Assembly: GCF_032444005.1 (NCBI RefSeq)
Contig: NC_091285.1
Coordinates: forward strand, 675,056,001-675,120,000
Origin: Ranitomeya imitator
Lineage: Eukaryota
Direction of reading: 5' to 3'
Length of the DNA: 64,000 nucleotides
Of this stretch, positions 46,716-59,281 are shown piece after piece. Made by a program: the position numbers and the translations under genes. How positions within the stretch are numbered: the stretch's first letter is position 1; every line of letters starts with the position of its first letter. A model generated the notes under the pieces. The model saw only the letters and a list, made by a program, of their open reading frames with translations, had not been told where the DNA came from and searched no databases.

Positions 46716-47527
46716 AGGGAACCTGTCACCCCCGTTTTTTGAGATTGAGCTATAAATACTGTTAAATAGGGCCTGCGCTGTGTGTTCCTATAGTGTATGT
46801 AGTGTACCCCGATTCCCCACCTATGCTGAGAAATAACTTACCAAAGTCGCCGTTTTCGCCTGTCAATCAGGCTGGTCAGGTCGGGAGGGCGTGGTAACAT
46901 CACTGGTTCTTCCTCAGCTTTACGTTGGTGGCGTAGTGGTGAACAAGCAGCGCGCGATCTGCGCTGTCATCCCTTTTGTCGGTGGGGGCGGCCATCTTCC
47001 TGGGGCCGCGCGTACGCAGATCGAGTGCTCTGCTGCACGGGGCTTCAGGAAAACGGCCGCGGGATGCCGCGCGTGCGCATTAGAGATCGCGGCAGCCATT
47101 TTCCCAAAGCCGAGATGCAAACTCTGCTTTGGGAAAATGGCCGCCGCGATCTCTAATGCGCACGCGCGGCATCCCGCGGCCATTTTCCTGAAGCCCCGTG
47201 CAGCAGAGCACTCGATCTGCGTACGCGCGGCCCCAGGAAGATGGCTGCCCCCACCGACAAAAGGGATGACAGCGCAGATCGCGCGCTGCTTGTTCACCAC
47301 TACGCCACTACGCCACCAACGTAAAGCTGAGGAAGAACCAGCGATGTCACCACGCCCTCCCGACCTGACCAGCCTGATTGACAGGCGAAAACGGCGACTT
47401 TGGTAAGTTATTTCTCAGCATAGGTGGGGAATCGGGGTACACTACATACACTATAGGAACACACAGCGCAGGCCCTATTTAACAGTATTTATAGCTCAAT
47501 CTCAAAAAACGGGGTGACAGGTTCCCT
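46716..47527. mobile_element. T2/Kolobok-type MITE, palindromic over its whole length (812 bp)
   Basis: TTAA at 46712-46715 and 47528-47531; termini AGGGAACCTGTCA...TGACAGGTTCCCT; the two halves are near reverse complements. Confidence 0.9.
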
Positions 47528-47961
47528 TTAAGAGGCTCCTCTGTCCTCCACTCATAACCTGTAGTAATGACACCTGTTTGAACTTATCAGTATAAAAGAC
47601 CCCTATCCACAACCTCCAGCAGTCACACTCCAAACTCCACTATGGTGAAGACCAAAGAGCTGTGGAAGGACACCAGAAACAAAATTGTAGCCCTGCACCA
47701 GGCTGGGAAGACTGAATCTGCAATAGGCAAGCAGCTTGGTGTGATGAAATCAACTGTGGGAGCACTAATAAGAAAATGGAAGACAAACAAGACCACTGAT
47801 AATCTCCCTCGATCTGGGGCTCCACGCAAGATCTCACCCCGTGGGGTTAAAATGATCACAAGAACGGTGAGCAAAAAATCCCAGAACCACGCGGGGGGAC
47901 CTAGTGAATGACCTACATGGAACTGGGACCACCGTAACAAAGGCTATCATCAGAAACACCT

Positions 47962-48775
<814 letters not shown>

Positions 48776-49388
48776 TGACTGATCCGGGTACATGAAAGAA
48801 TGAATGGGGCCATGTATCGTGAGATTTTGAGTGCAAACCTCCTTCCATCAGCAAGGGCATTGAAGATGAAATGTGGATGGTTCTTTCAACATGATAAAGA
48901 TGCCAAGCACACCACCAGGGCAACGAAGGAGTGGCTTCGTAAGAAGCATATGAAGGTCCTGGAGTGGCCTAGCCAGTCTCCAGATCTCAACCCCATAGAA
49001 AACCTTTGGAGGGAATGGAAAGTCCGTGCTTCTCAGGCCCAAAACATCACTGCTCTAGAGGAGATCTGCATGGAGGAATGGGCCAACATACCACCAACAG
49101 TGTGTGGCAACCTTGTGAAGACTTACAGAAAACGTTTGACCTCTGTCATTGCCAACAAAGGATATATTACAAAGTATTGAGATGAAATTTTGTTAATGAC
49201 CAAATATTTATTTTCCATCATAGTTTGCTAAATAAATCAGACGCGGTGATTTCTGGATTTGTTTTCTCATTGTGACTCTCATAGTTGTGGTCTATCTATG
49301 ATGTCAATTACAGGCCTCATCTTTCTAAATGGGAGAACTTGCACTATTGGTGGCCGACTAAACACTTTTGTTCCCCACTGTGTATATA

Positions 49389-50191
49389 CCGTATTTTTCG
49401 CTTTGTAAGACGCTCCGGATTATAAGACGCACCCCAAATTTTGAGGAGAAAAATAGGAAAAAACTATTTTTTAATAAATTGGTGGGGCGTCTTATAATCC
49501 ATGCGTCTTATTACTTACCAGGGGTTGTGGTTGTGGTGGATCAGGGTCCCAGGCTCGTTGCCGGAGGCAGGAGTGGAGCATTGCTGCAGGCTGGGATGAG
49601 GGGGTCTGCAGGGGGCTCCTGTGCTGCAGGGGGGCTCCTGTGCTGCAGCCTGGGATGAGGGGTCTGCAGGGGGCTCCTTTGCTGCAGGCTGGGATGAGGG
49701 GTCTGCAGGGGGCTCCTGTGCTGTAGGGCTGTCTCCGGTGCTGCGGGGGGCTCTGGTGACATTTTGTGAAAGACCAGAGCCCCCCGGCAGTTCTTCCATG
49801 CGTTCCAGTATGACTAATTCCGGGAAAATGGCCGCCGGAATCTCGAGAGATGAGATCTCAGCGCTGAAATCTCATCTCCCGAGATTCCGGCGGCCATTTT
49901 CCCGGAATTAGTCATACTGGAACGCATGGAAGAACTGCCGGGGGGCTCTGGTCTTTCACAAAATGTCGCCAGAGCCCCCCGCAGCACCGGAGCCTTCAGC
50001 ATCACCCGGGGCAGCAGCGGACAACCCCGGCAGTGGCGGCGGACGACAGCGGCGGCAGGCGGTAGCGGCGGCGGACACCCCCTCCTCCCAGCCTGTAATG
50101 GTAAGCGGTATATCCGCTTTGTTAGACGCACCCACATTTCCCCCCCAAATTTGGGGGAAATAAAGTGCGTCTTACAAAGCGGAAAATACGG
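49389..50191. mobile_element. Non-autonomous Tc1/mariner (Tc2/pogo-like) MITE
   Basis: TIR CCGTATTTTTCGCTTTGTAAGACGC vs GCGTCTTACAAAGCGGAAAATACGG; TA flanks; internal 260-bp palindrome. Confidence 0.85.
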
Positions 50192-50203
50192 TATATATAT
50201 ATA

Positions 50204-51808
50204 CAGTGGGGCAAAAAAGTATTTAGTCAGTCAGCAATAGTGCAAGTTCCACCACTTAAAAAGATGAGAGGCGTCTGTAATTTACATCATAGGTAGACCT
50301 CAACTATGGGAGACAAACTGAGAAAAAAAATCCAGAAAATCACATTGTCTGTTTTTTTAACATTTTATTTGCATATTATGGTGGAAAATAAGTATTTGGT
50401 CAGAAACAAAATTTCATCTCAATACTTTGTAATATATCCTTTGTTGGCAATGACAGAGGTCAAACGTTTTCTGTAAGTCTTCACAAGGTTGCCACACACT
50501 GTTGTTGGTATGTTGGCCCATTCCTCCATGCAGATCTCCTCTAGAGCAGTGATGTTTTTGGCTTTTCGCTTGGCAACACGGACTTTCAACTCCCTCCAAA
50601 GGTTTTCTATAGGGTTGAGATCTGGAGACTGGCTAGGCCACTCCAGGACCTTGAAATGCTTCTTACGAAGCCACTCCTTCGTTGCCCTGGCGGTGTGCTT
50701 TGGATCATTGTCATGTTGAAAGATCCAGCCACGTTTCATCTTCAATGCCCTTGCTGATGGAAGGAGGTTTGCACTCAAAATCTCACGATACATGGCCCCA
50801 TTCATTCTTTCATGTACCCGGATCAGTCGTCCTGGCCCCTTTGCAGAGAAACAGCCCCAAAGCATGATGTTTCCACCACCATGCTTTACAGTAGGTATGG
50901 TGTTTGATGGATGCAACTCAGTATTCTTTTTCCTCCAAACACGACAAGTTGTGTTTCTACCAAACAGTTCCAGTTTGGTTTCATCAGACCATAGGACATT
51001 CTCCCAAAACTCCTCTGGATCATCCAAATTCTCTCTAGCAAACTTCAGACGGGCCCGGACATGTACTGGCTTAAGCAGTGGGACACGTCTGGCACTGCAG
51101 GATCTGAGTCCATGGTGGCGTAGTGTGTTACTTATGGTAGGCCTTGTTACATTGGTCCCAGCTCTCTGCAGTTCATTCACTAGGTCCCCCCGCGTGGTTC
51201 TGGGATTTTTGCTCACCGTTCTTGTGATCATTCTGACCCCACGGGGTGGGATTTTGCGTGGAGTCCCAGATCGAGGGAGATTATCAGTGGTCTTGTATGT
51301 CTTCCATTTTCTAATTATTGCTCCCACTGTTGATTTCTTCACTCCAAGCTGGTTGGCTATTGCAGATTCAGTCTTCCCAGCCTGGTGCAGGGCTACAATT
51401 TTGTTTCTGGTGTCCTTTGACAGCTCTTTGGTCTTCACCATAGTGGAGTTTGGAGTCAGACTGTTTGAGGGTGTGCACAGGTGTCTTTTTATACTGATAA
51501 CAAGTTTAAACAGGAGCCATTACTACAGGTAATGAGTGGAGGAAAGAGGAGACTCTTAAAGAAGAAGTTACAGGTCTGTGAGAGCCAGAAATCTTGATTG
51601 TTTGTTTCTGACCAAATACTTATTTTCCACCATAATATGCAAATAAAATGTTAAAAAAACAGACAATGTGATTTTCTGGATTTTTTTTTCTCAGTTTGTC
51701 TCCCATAGTTGAGGTCTACCTATGATGTAAATTACAGACGCCTCTCATCTTTTTAAGTGGTGGAACTTGCACTATTGCTGACTGACTAAATACTTTTTTG
51801 CCCCACTG
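50204..51808 (-). mobile_element. Full-length Tc1/mariner DNA transposon (IR/DR type, ZB/Tzf-like), apparently intact
   Basis: TIRs 50204-50410 and 51601-51808 match by eye except one homopolymer base; TA on both sides; uninterrupted 340-aa ORF. Confidence 0.95.
50419..51441 (-). CDS. Tc1 transposase, 340 aa, DD34E
   Basis: Paired-like HTH N-terminus, LPRSG AT-hook region, WSDETK / FQHDNDPKH / [15 protein letters not shown]; 34 residues counted between the second D and the E. Confidence 0.95.
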   Translation of the reverse strand: MVKTKELSKDTRNKIVALHQAGKTESAIANQLGVKKSTVGAIIRKWKTYKTTDNLPRSGTPRKIPPRGVRMITRTVSKNPRTTRGDLVNELQRAGTNVTRPTISNTLRHHGLRSCSARRVPLLKPVHVRARLKFARENLDDPEEFWENVLWSDETKLELFGRNTTCRVWRKKNTELHPSNTIPTVKHGGGNIMLWGCFSAKGPGRLIRVHERMNGAMYREILSANLLPSARALKMKRGWIFQHDNDPKHTARATKEWLRKKHFKVLEWPSQSPDLNPIENLWRELKVRVAKRKAKNITALEEICMEEWANIPTTVCGNLVKTYRKRLTSVIANKGYITKY

Positions 51809-51863
51809 TATATATACAGTGACCGGAGAAGAGCTGACCCTTCACTCCACAGCCTATAACGTA

Positions 51864-52955
51864 CAGCTCTGGCAAAAATTCAGAGCCCACTGCACAGTTT
51901 TATAGCAATCAGCTTCTCTATATGTCTGACGGTCATTCCATTCCAGTGTCAGCTGAATTCCAACCAGAGTTCACCTCATTCTACTTATTGAGCTTCTGAT
52001 TAGGTGATCACCTGAACCAAATCTTATTTAATGAAGGAAAGTATAAAATCCCTGCTGTGGTGTTCACAATCCTCTTGCAATAGGACAAGCTGGATGGCAA
52101 AACAACTGGTAGAAAAATCCCAAAAGTAATAGGAATAAAAAAAATAACTTTTAACCGTGTCAAAGGAGCTGAAAAGAAAAGTCTAGAGAGAGGAAAAGAG
52201 GGGCTCAGTTCCTCAGTTCTGACTTTACTAGCAGAGGGACACAGTCAGCATCATGTTGCCTCCATCCTAAAATTTCTAAGACTGCAGTCCATTACAACAA
52301 GGTCAAGCAGCAGATATTGGGGACAACAAAGCTACAGACCGGCAGAGGGTGAAAACGACTCTCCACTGACCGGGACGACCGTCATCTTAGGCTACTTTCA
52401 CACTAGCGTCGGAATCTCCGCGTCGCAATGCGTCGGGGAGAGATTCTGACGCTAGCGTTTAGCGCATTGCACAATGGAGGCAGCGGATGCATTTCTCCGG
52501 CGCATCCGCTGCCCCGTTGTGAGGTGCGGGGAGGTGGGGGCAGAGTTCCGGCTGCGCATGCGCGGTCATAAATAGCGGTCCATCAGGAGCAAAAAACGTT
52601 ACATTTAAAGTTTTTTTGCTCCCGGCGGACCGCCACAACACGGCGCAACCGTCGCACGACGGTTGCGACATGTGGCAATGCGTCGCTAATGTTAATCTAT
52701 GGGGCAAAAACGCATCCTGCAAACAACTTTGCAGGATGCGTTTTTTGCCATAAACGACGCATTGCGACGTCTGGCAAAAAACGCCAGTGTGAAAGTGGCC
52801 TTACGCTAATGTCACTCAGCAACCGCAGGATGACATCAAGTGACCTACAAAAGGAATGACAAATGGCAGCTGGGGTGAAGTGCACGGCAAGAACAGTTCG
52901 TAACAGGCTCCTAGAGGCAGGACTCAAGTCATGGAAAGCTAGAAAAAAGCCTCAT
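51864..52955 (+). mobile_element. Truncated Tc1 of a second family (5' TIR plus N-terminal transposase relic)
   Basis: TA CAGCTCTGGCAAAAATT terminus; relic peptides RLSTDRDDRHL / MSLSNRRMTSSDLQKE / GVKCTARTVRNRLLEAGLKSWKARKKP. Confidence 0.75.
52390..52800. mobile_element. PIF/Harbinger-type MITE nested in the truncated Tc1
   Basis: TIR GGC(T/C)ACTTTCACACT(A/G)GCGT; 3-bp TTA duplication at 52387-52389 and 52801-52803. Confidence 0.85.
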
Positions 52956-53181
52956 TACACAAGAACCACAAGCCGGATTTCTTCTCCGCTGGTGTTGTGC
53001 TAATCAGTATAACAGCACTAGCATGGCACTGTCTGTAGTTTACGTGGTAAATCCTGGTTATCTTTAACCCTTTCAATAACGCCCTACAGGGCCCAGTTTT
53101 GTGCCAGTTGATGATTGTAGCTGCCGTGTATTCACACCAGGCCCTCGCTGCATTATATTTCATTATTGTGATTTTGATTAA

Positions 53182-54397
53182 CCCCTTTCCCACATCGGGC
53201 GTCATAGTACGCCAACGTCGGACACCCTCCCTTTGATGTGGGCTCCAGCGGTGAGCCCACATCTTTCTCGGCAAATGTCCGCTGACTTGTTCCCGGAACA
53301 GCCACGGATGGAATCGCAATCCACCCGCGGGTATTAACCCGTTAAATGCTGCTATCAAACGCTGACAGCGGAATTTTACAAGCGCTTCCGGCAGTCGCGC
53401 CCATCGGTGACCCGGTCACGTGATTGCGGGTCACCGATGGGTTGACATGACAATCAGAAGTGTCCTGCAGACCTCTATGGTTATCACTGCCGGATTACTA
53501 TGAGCGCCACCTGGTGGTCGGAGCTCATAGCAAGTCAGCAATTCTTCTACATACAGGCGATCTGATCAGCGCCCCTATGTAGCAGAGCTGATCGTGCTGT
53601 GGCAGCTTCTAGGCTCCCATGGACACTATTGAAGCATGGCAAAAGTAAAAAAAAAATTTTTTAAAAATATATAAAAGTTCAAATCACCCCCCTTTCGCCT
53701 CATTCAAGATAAAACAATAAAAAAAATCCAACATACACATATTTGGTATCGCCGCGTTCAGAATCGCCCGATCTATCAATATAAAAAAAGATTAACCTGA
53801 TCGCTAAATGGCGAACCGAGAAGAAAAAGTAAATACGCCAGAATTACGTTTTTTTGGTCGCAAAATAAAATACAATAACGGGCGATCAAAAGAACGTATC
53901 TGCACAAAAGTGGTACCGATAAAAACACCAGCTCGGCACGAAAAAAAATAAGCTCTCACCTGACCTCAGATCATGAAAAATGGAGACGCAACGGTATCGG
54001 AAAATGGCGCAATTTTTTTTTTAACAGAGTTTGGAATTTTTTTTCACTACTTAGATAAAATGTAACGTAGTCATGTTTGGTGTCTACGAACTCGTAATGA
54101 CCTGGAGAATCATAACGGCAGCTCAGCTTTAGCATTTAGTGAACCTAGCAAAAAAAACAAACAAAAAACACGCATGAGATTGCACTTTTTTTGCAATTTC
54201 ACCACATTTGGAATTTTTTCCCCGTTTTTTAGTACACGACATGGTAAAACCAATGATGTCGTTCAAAAGTACAACTCGTCCCGCAAAAAATAAGCCCTCA
54301 CACGGCCATATTGACGGAAAAATAAAAAAAGTTATGGCTCTGGGAAGGAGGGGAGCGAAAAACGAAAAAAATGGAAATACCCCTGGTCACGAAGGGG
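53182..54397. mobile_element. Non-autonomous piggyBac-like (TTAA) element
   Basis: TTAA-CCCCTT ... AAGGGG-TTAA ends; no coding capacity; an internal segment recurs at ~28670-28710. Confidence 0.65.
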
Positions 54398-54529
54398 TTA
54401 AAATTGTAAAAAAAAAATAAAACATGTCAGCCTCGCGAGAGGCGTTAGGTTGTAATAACGAGGGGGGTAAGCGGCGCCCCCTTGTGAGGCATCAGCACAA
54501 CTGCAGGATACAGGCACCATCCGGGGATC

Positions 54530-54930
54530 AGTCCTCAGCACGTGATCATCGTCTCCGCTGAGGTCACGTGAAAAACGACTTCTGGAAATGTCCCCTCTCA
54601 CTTACCCTAGACCTGGCTGCCCGGAGCTGCCCTGCCTCTTTGACCACGCCCACTTCCTCATAGACAACCAATAGGATCGCAGCTTAGCAGCGCTGGCCGC
54701 AATCAGCTGACCTAGGCCGGGCAGTCGGAGGAGAGCGGAGCTCGGCGTCGGTCATGGTGTCTCTTCTGTGCTGCGGGCCTAAGCTGGCCGCCTGCGGGAT
54801 CGTGCTGAGCGTGTGGGGCGTCATCATGCTGGTGAGTGCCGTCTCCTGGGACCCCGGTGCGGGCGGCATTGGCCATTTTGGGGGGGGGGGGGAGATGTCA
54901 TTGACCCCTATTGGTCACGTGATTCACTTA
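54530..54930 (+). promoter_or_regulatory. RNASEK CpG-island promoter
   Basis: CACGTG at 54539, GTCACGTGA at 54563 and 54914, CCACGCCC/ACTTCC near 54645, CCAAT at 54668. Confidence 0.7.
54754..54831 (+). CDS. RNASEK: RNASEK exon 1
   Basis: [26 protein letters not shown], donor gtgagt. Confidence 0.96.
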
Positions 54931-57900
54931 CTCGTAGTTCCCCTTTAAGTGTAAGATAAGGTCTGTCCCTTTAAGGGTGGCGATCTCAGTGAGGGGGCTT
55001 CACTATCGTGTTGGGGGCAGTTTAACCCTTCCTGGTCCGGGCGCAGGGAGCGGCAGACACTTCTCCTTTCTGCACCCAGAGTCCATGAATCATGGAGTTC
55101 CCCAAATTGTGAGGAGGAATCTTAAAGGGATATCCCGTACCAGCCACCACCCCTTTAACATTCCTCCTCGCTATTTTTTCCATTATGGGGTCATTCACGC
55201 GTCGTCAGACAATGGGGCGACTGTTTCCCGTCACAGGACGTCGTAGAACGACAAAGCTTTATTTATAATGGACGCGTCGGCTTTGGTCAGATCCCTGCTC
55301 GCTGTCAGTGGTCGGCTGCCGCGCTCCTCGCAGCTGGTGGTTTGTTACAGTTGCAGCTAGTATCAGAATCCTGCTCCTGGTCATTGACAGCAAGCGGAGA
55401 TCTCGCCAAGTGCTCCGGGATATGTTGGCGGTAATACCATGGCTGACCTCAGGGGGCGCCGCGTCGTTTCGCTGAGGCTTCAATAGTTCTTGTCGCTGAT
55501 TTCTATAAATGGCTGACACCAGGGAGCAGCAGTGGAGGAATGTGGGTGTGTTGTTGACTGTACACAGGAGGCGCGGAGCTGTGTGTACAGTAATCAGCCC
55601 CCGCTGTGTACAGTAATCAGACCCCGCTGTGTACATGTACACCCAGGAGCGGCCGCCTCCGGCCAGATCTGTGCTCATCATCATCTGAGGCACCGAACTA
55701 CAACTCCCAGCAGCCCACAATTTGGGAAGAAGCAACATGGTCCTATAGCTGTTCTCAGGGGGCCCGACATCATGGCCCCACGCCTGTGTGTGACGCGGGT
55801 GGTCTCCAGGGGACGCACAGGGTGTGCTGTACATTTAAAGGGATGTCTGCCCCCCACAAACTCAACAGCAGGTGAAGGCAAATGTGGTATTAAGGGGTTA
55901 AATGTGCCGCCCTCTGCCTTGTGGGGGCTGGCAGTGCCCGTTATCTCTGTCCTGATCCTGGGACCCATTGAAAGCCGATAGTGACCGGGTAGTAATCGTG
56001 TCCATGTGAGTGAATAGATGGGTGGACTACAAGTCTCAGCAAACCTTAATATGCATTTAGAGTGACTTCACAGTCATATACAGGTGGGCACAGGCCGTGT
56101 AACATCAGCCATACGGGGCGCTCCGAGCCCTGAGGAGGTGCCGGCTGTGTAATATCAGCCATATGGGGCGCTCCGAGCCCTGAGGAGGTGTCGGCTGTGT
56201 AACATCAGCCATACGGGGCGCTCCGAGCCCTGAGGAGGTGTCGGCTGTGTAATATCAGCCATACGGGGCGCTCCGAGCCCTGAGGAGGTGCCGGCTGTGT
56301 AATATCAGCCATACGGGGCGCTCCGAGCCCTGAGGAGGTGTCGGCTGTGTAACATCAGCCATACGGGGCGCTCCGAGCCCTGAGGAGGTGCCGGCTGTGT
56401 AATATCAGCCATACGGGGCGCTCCGAGCCCTGAGGAGGTGTCGGCTGTGTAACATCAGCCATACGGGGCGCTCCGAGCCCTGAGGAGGTGTCGGCTGTGT
56501 AACATTTGCCATACGGGGCGCTCCGAGCCCTGAGGAGGTGCCGGCTGTGTAACATCTGCCATACGGGGCGCTCCGAGCCCTGAGGAGGTGCCGGCTGTGT
56601 AATATCAGCCATACGGGGCGCTCGGTGCCCTGAGGAGGTGCCGGCTGTGTAACATCTGCTATACGGGGCGCTTCGAGCCCTGAGGAGGTGCCGGCTGTGT
56701 AATATCAGCCATACGGGGCGCTCGGTGCCCTGAGGAGGTGCCGGCTGTGTAACATCTGCCATACGGGGCGCTCCGAGCCCTGAGGAGGTGCCGGCTGTGT
56801 AACATCTGCCATATGGGGCGCTCGGTGCCCTGAGGAGGTGCCGGCTGTGTAATATCAGCCATACGGGGCGCTCTGTTCCCTGAGGAGGTGCCGGCTGTGT
56901 AACATCTGCCATACGGGGCGCTCCGAGCCCTGAGGAGGTGCTGGCTGTGTAACATCTGCCATACGGGGCGCTCCGTGCCCTGAGGAGGTGCCGGCTGTGT
57001 AACATCTGCCATACGGGGCGCTCCGTGCCCTGAGGAGGTGCCGGCTGTGTAACATCTGCCATACGGGGCGCTCCGAGCCCTGAGGAGGTCCCGGCTGTGT
57101 AACATCTGTCATACGGGGCGCTCGGTGCCCTGAGGAGGTGCCGGCTGTGTAATATCAGCCATACGGGGCGCTCCGAGCCCTGAGGAGGTGCCGGCTGTGT
57201 AATATCAGCCATAAGGGGTGCTCCGAGCCCTGAGGAGGTCCCGGCTGTGTAACATCTGTCATACGGGGCGCTCCGAGCCCTGAGGAGGTGCCGGCTGTGT
57301 AACATCTGCCATACGGGGCGCTCCGTGCCCTGAGGAGGTGCCGGCTGTGTAACATGTCATACGGGGCGCTCCGAGCCCTGAGGAGGTGCCGGCTGTGTAA
57401 CATCTGCCATACGAGGCGCTCCGTGCCCTGAGGAGGTCCCGGCTGTGTAACATCTGCCATACGGGGCGCTCCGAGCCCTGAGGTGTCGGCTGTGTAACAT
57501 CTGCCATACGGGGCGCTCCGAGCCCTGAGAAGGTGCCGGCTGTGTAACATCTGCCATACGGGGCGCTCCGAGCCCTGAGGAGGTGCTGGCTGTGTAACAT
57601 CTGCCATACGGGGCGCTCCGTGCCCTGAGGAGGTGCCGGCTGTGTAACATCTGCCATACGGGGCGCTCCGAGCCCTGAGGTGTCGGCTGTGTAACATCTG
57701 CCATACGGGGCGCTCCGAGCCCTGAGGAGGTGCTGGCTGTGTAACATCTGCCATACGGGGCGCTCCGTGCCCTGAGGAGGTCTCGGCTGTGTAACATCTG
57801 CCATACGGGGCGCTCCGAGCCCTGAGGAGGTCCCGGCTGTGTAACATCTGCCATACGGGGCGCTCCGTGCCCTGAGGAGGTGCCGGCTGTGTAACATCTG

Positions 57901-58999
57901 TCATACGGGGTGCTCCGAGCCCTGAGGAGGTGCCGGCTGTGTAACATCTGTCATACGGGGCGCTCCGAGCCCTGAGGAGGTGCCGGCTGTGTAACATCTG
58001 CCATACGGGGCGCTCCGAGCCCTGAGGAGGTGCCGGCTGTGTAACATCTGTCATACGGGGCGCTCCGAGCCCTGAGGAGGTGCCGGCTGTGTAACATCTG
58101 CCATACGGGGCGCTCCGTGCCCTGAGGAGGTGCCGGCTGTGTAACATCTGTCATACGGGGCGCTCCGAGCCCTGAGGAGGTGCCTGCTGTGTAACATCTG
58201 TCATACGGGGCGCTCCGAGCCCTGAGGAGGTCCCGGCTGTGTAACATCTGCCATACGGGGCGCTCCGAGCCCTGAGGAGGTGCCGGCTGTGTAACATCTG
58301 TCATACGGGGCGCTCCGAGCCCTGAGGAGGTGCCGGCTGTGTAACATCTGCCATACGGGGCGCTCCGAGCCCTGAGGAGGTGCCGGCTGTGTAACATCTG
58401 CCATACGGGGCGCTCCGTGCCCTGAGGAGATGCCGGCTGTGTGAAAAATAAAAACCATTCCTGTTTGTTATCGCTGCATCCGAGAAAGTCGAATGCCCCG
58501 AGATAGAAAAAAAAATTATTCTCCCGTCCCTGCGCCCCCATAACTAGTGCAAGGAAATCGGAGGAAACGCCCCCAGAATGAGGTCAGTAAACGGGAACAA
58601 CACGGACAGGGGGCTCCGAATGGGGAAACCAATTTTATTTTCTTTGTTAATATATTTTTATTACTTTCCATCTCCCCCCGTCCGCTGTGCTGCAGGTTCT
58701 GCTCGGGATCTTCTTCAATGTCCACTCCGCGGTTCTGATCGAGGACGTCCCCTTCACCGAGGACGATCTGTTTAAGGAGTGAGTGATGGCTGCAGGTAGC
58801 CCTCCTCCCGTCGCCTCCTCCGGCCGCTGATTAACCCTGTCTTGTCTCCTGCAGCCCCAAGCCCCCCACCCAGCTGTACCGCCTGTACGAGCAGGTCTCG
58901 TATAACTGCTTCATCGCGGCCGCCATCTACGTCCTCCTGGGCGGCTTCTCCTTCTGCCAGGTGCGGCTGAACAAGAGGAAGGAGTACATGGTGCGCTGA
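54754..58999 (+). CDS. RNASEK: RNASEK (ribonuclease kappa; V-ATPase V0 subunit f), 3 exons, 101 aa
   Basis: Exons 54754-54831, 58696-58778, 58855-58999 give [101 protein letters not shown]; GT-AG introns; very close to vertebrate RNASEK. Confidence 0.97.
56090..58442. repeat. 50-bp minisatellite in RNASEK intron 1 (CCATACGGGGCGCTCCGAGCCCTGAGGAGGTGCCGGCTGTGTAACATCTG), about 47 units
   Basis: Period 50. Confidence 0.96.
58696..58778 (+). CDS. RNASEK: RNASEK exon 2
   Basis: ctgcag acceptor; [19 protein letters not shown]; gtgagt donor. Confidence 0.96.
58855..58999 (+). CDS. RNASEK: RNASEK exon 3
   Basis: ctgcag acceptor; [12 protein letters not shown]...[12 protein letters not shown]. Confidence 0.96.
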
Positions 59000-59239
59000 G
59001 GACCGCCGAGCCGGCGCTGGACCCCCTCCTCCCTCTAGGCCACCAGGACCCCCCATCATCCGCCGGCCTCCATCATTGTCTTCGGATCTCGGACCTTCGC
59101 ATCATGAATCCGCAGGGTCTCCTGAAATTTGACTTTTGTGCACATTCCTGGAACCACCTCCCCTCCTGGCTCCGGACCCCTCGTTTACCCCCCAAAATCT
59201 TTCTGAGTTCTTGATGTTATTTAAAAGATGTAAATGTGA

Positions 59240-59245
59240 AATAAA
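59240..59245 (+). terminator. Candidate RNASEK polyadenylation signal AATAAA
   Basis: Canonical hexamer about 240 nt after the stop, followed by GT-rich sequence. Confidence 0.65.
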
Positions 59246-59281
59246 GTGCTGAGAATTGTGTGATAGAACCACAGCCGGGCA

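Noticed and set aside
46891-47406. Near-identical ORFs on both strands
   Set aside because: A consequence of the palindromic MITE, not a gene pair
56355-58541. Long minus-strand ORFs (up to 330 aa)
   Set aside because: Translations of the 50-bp RNASEK intron array
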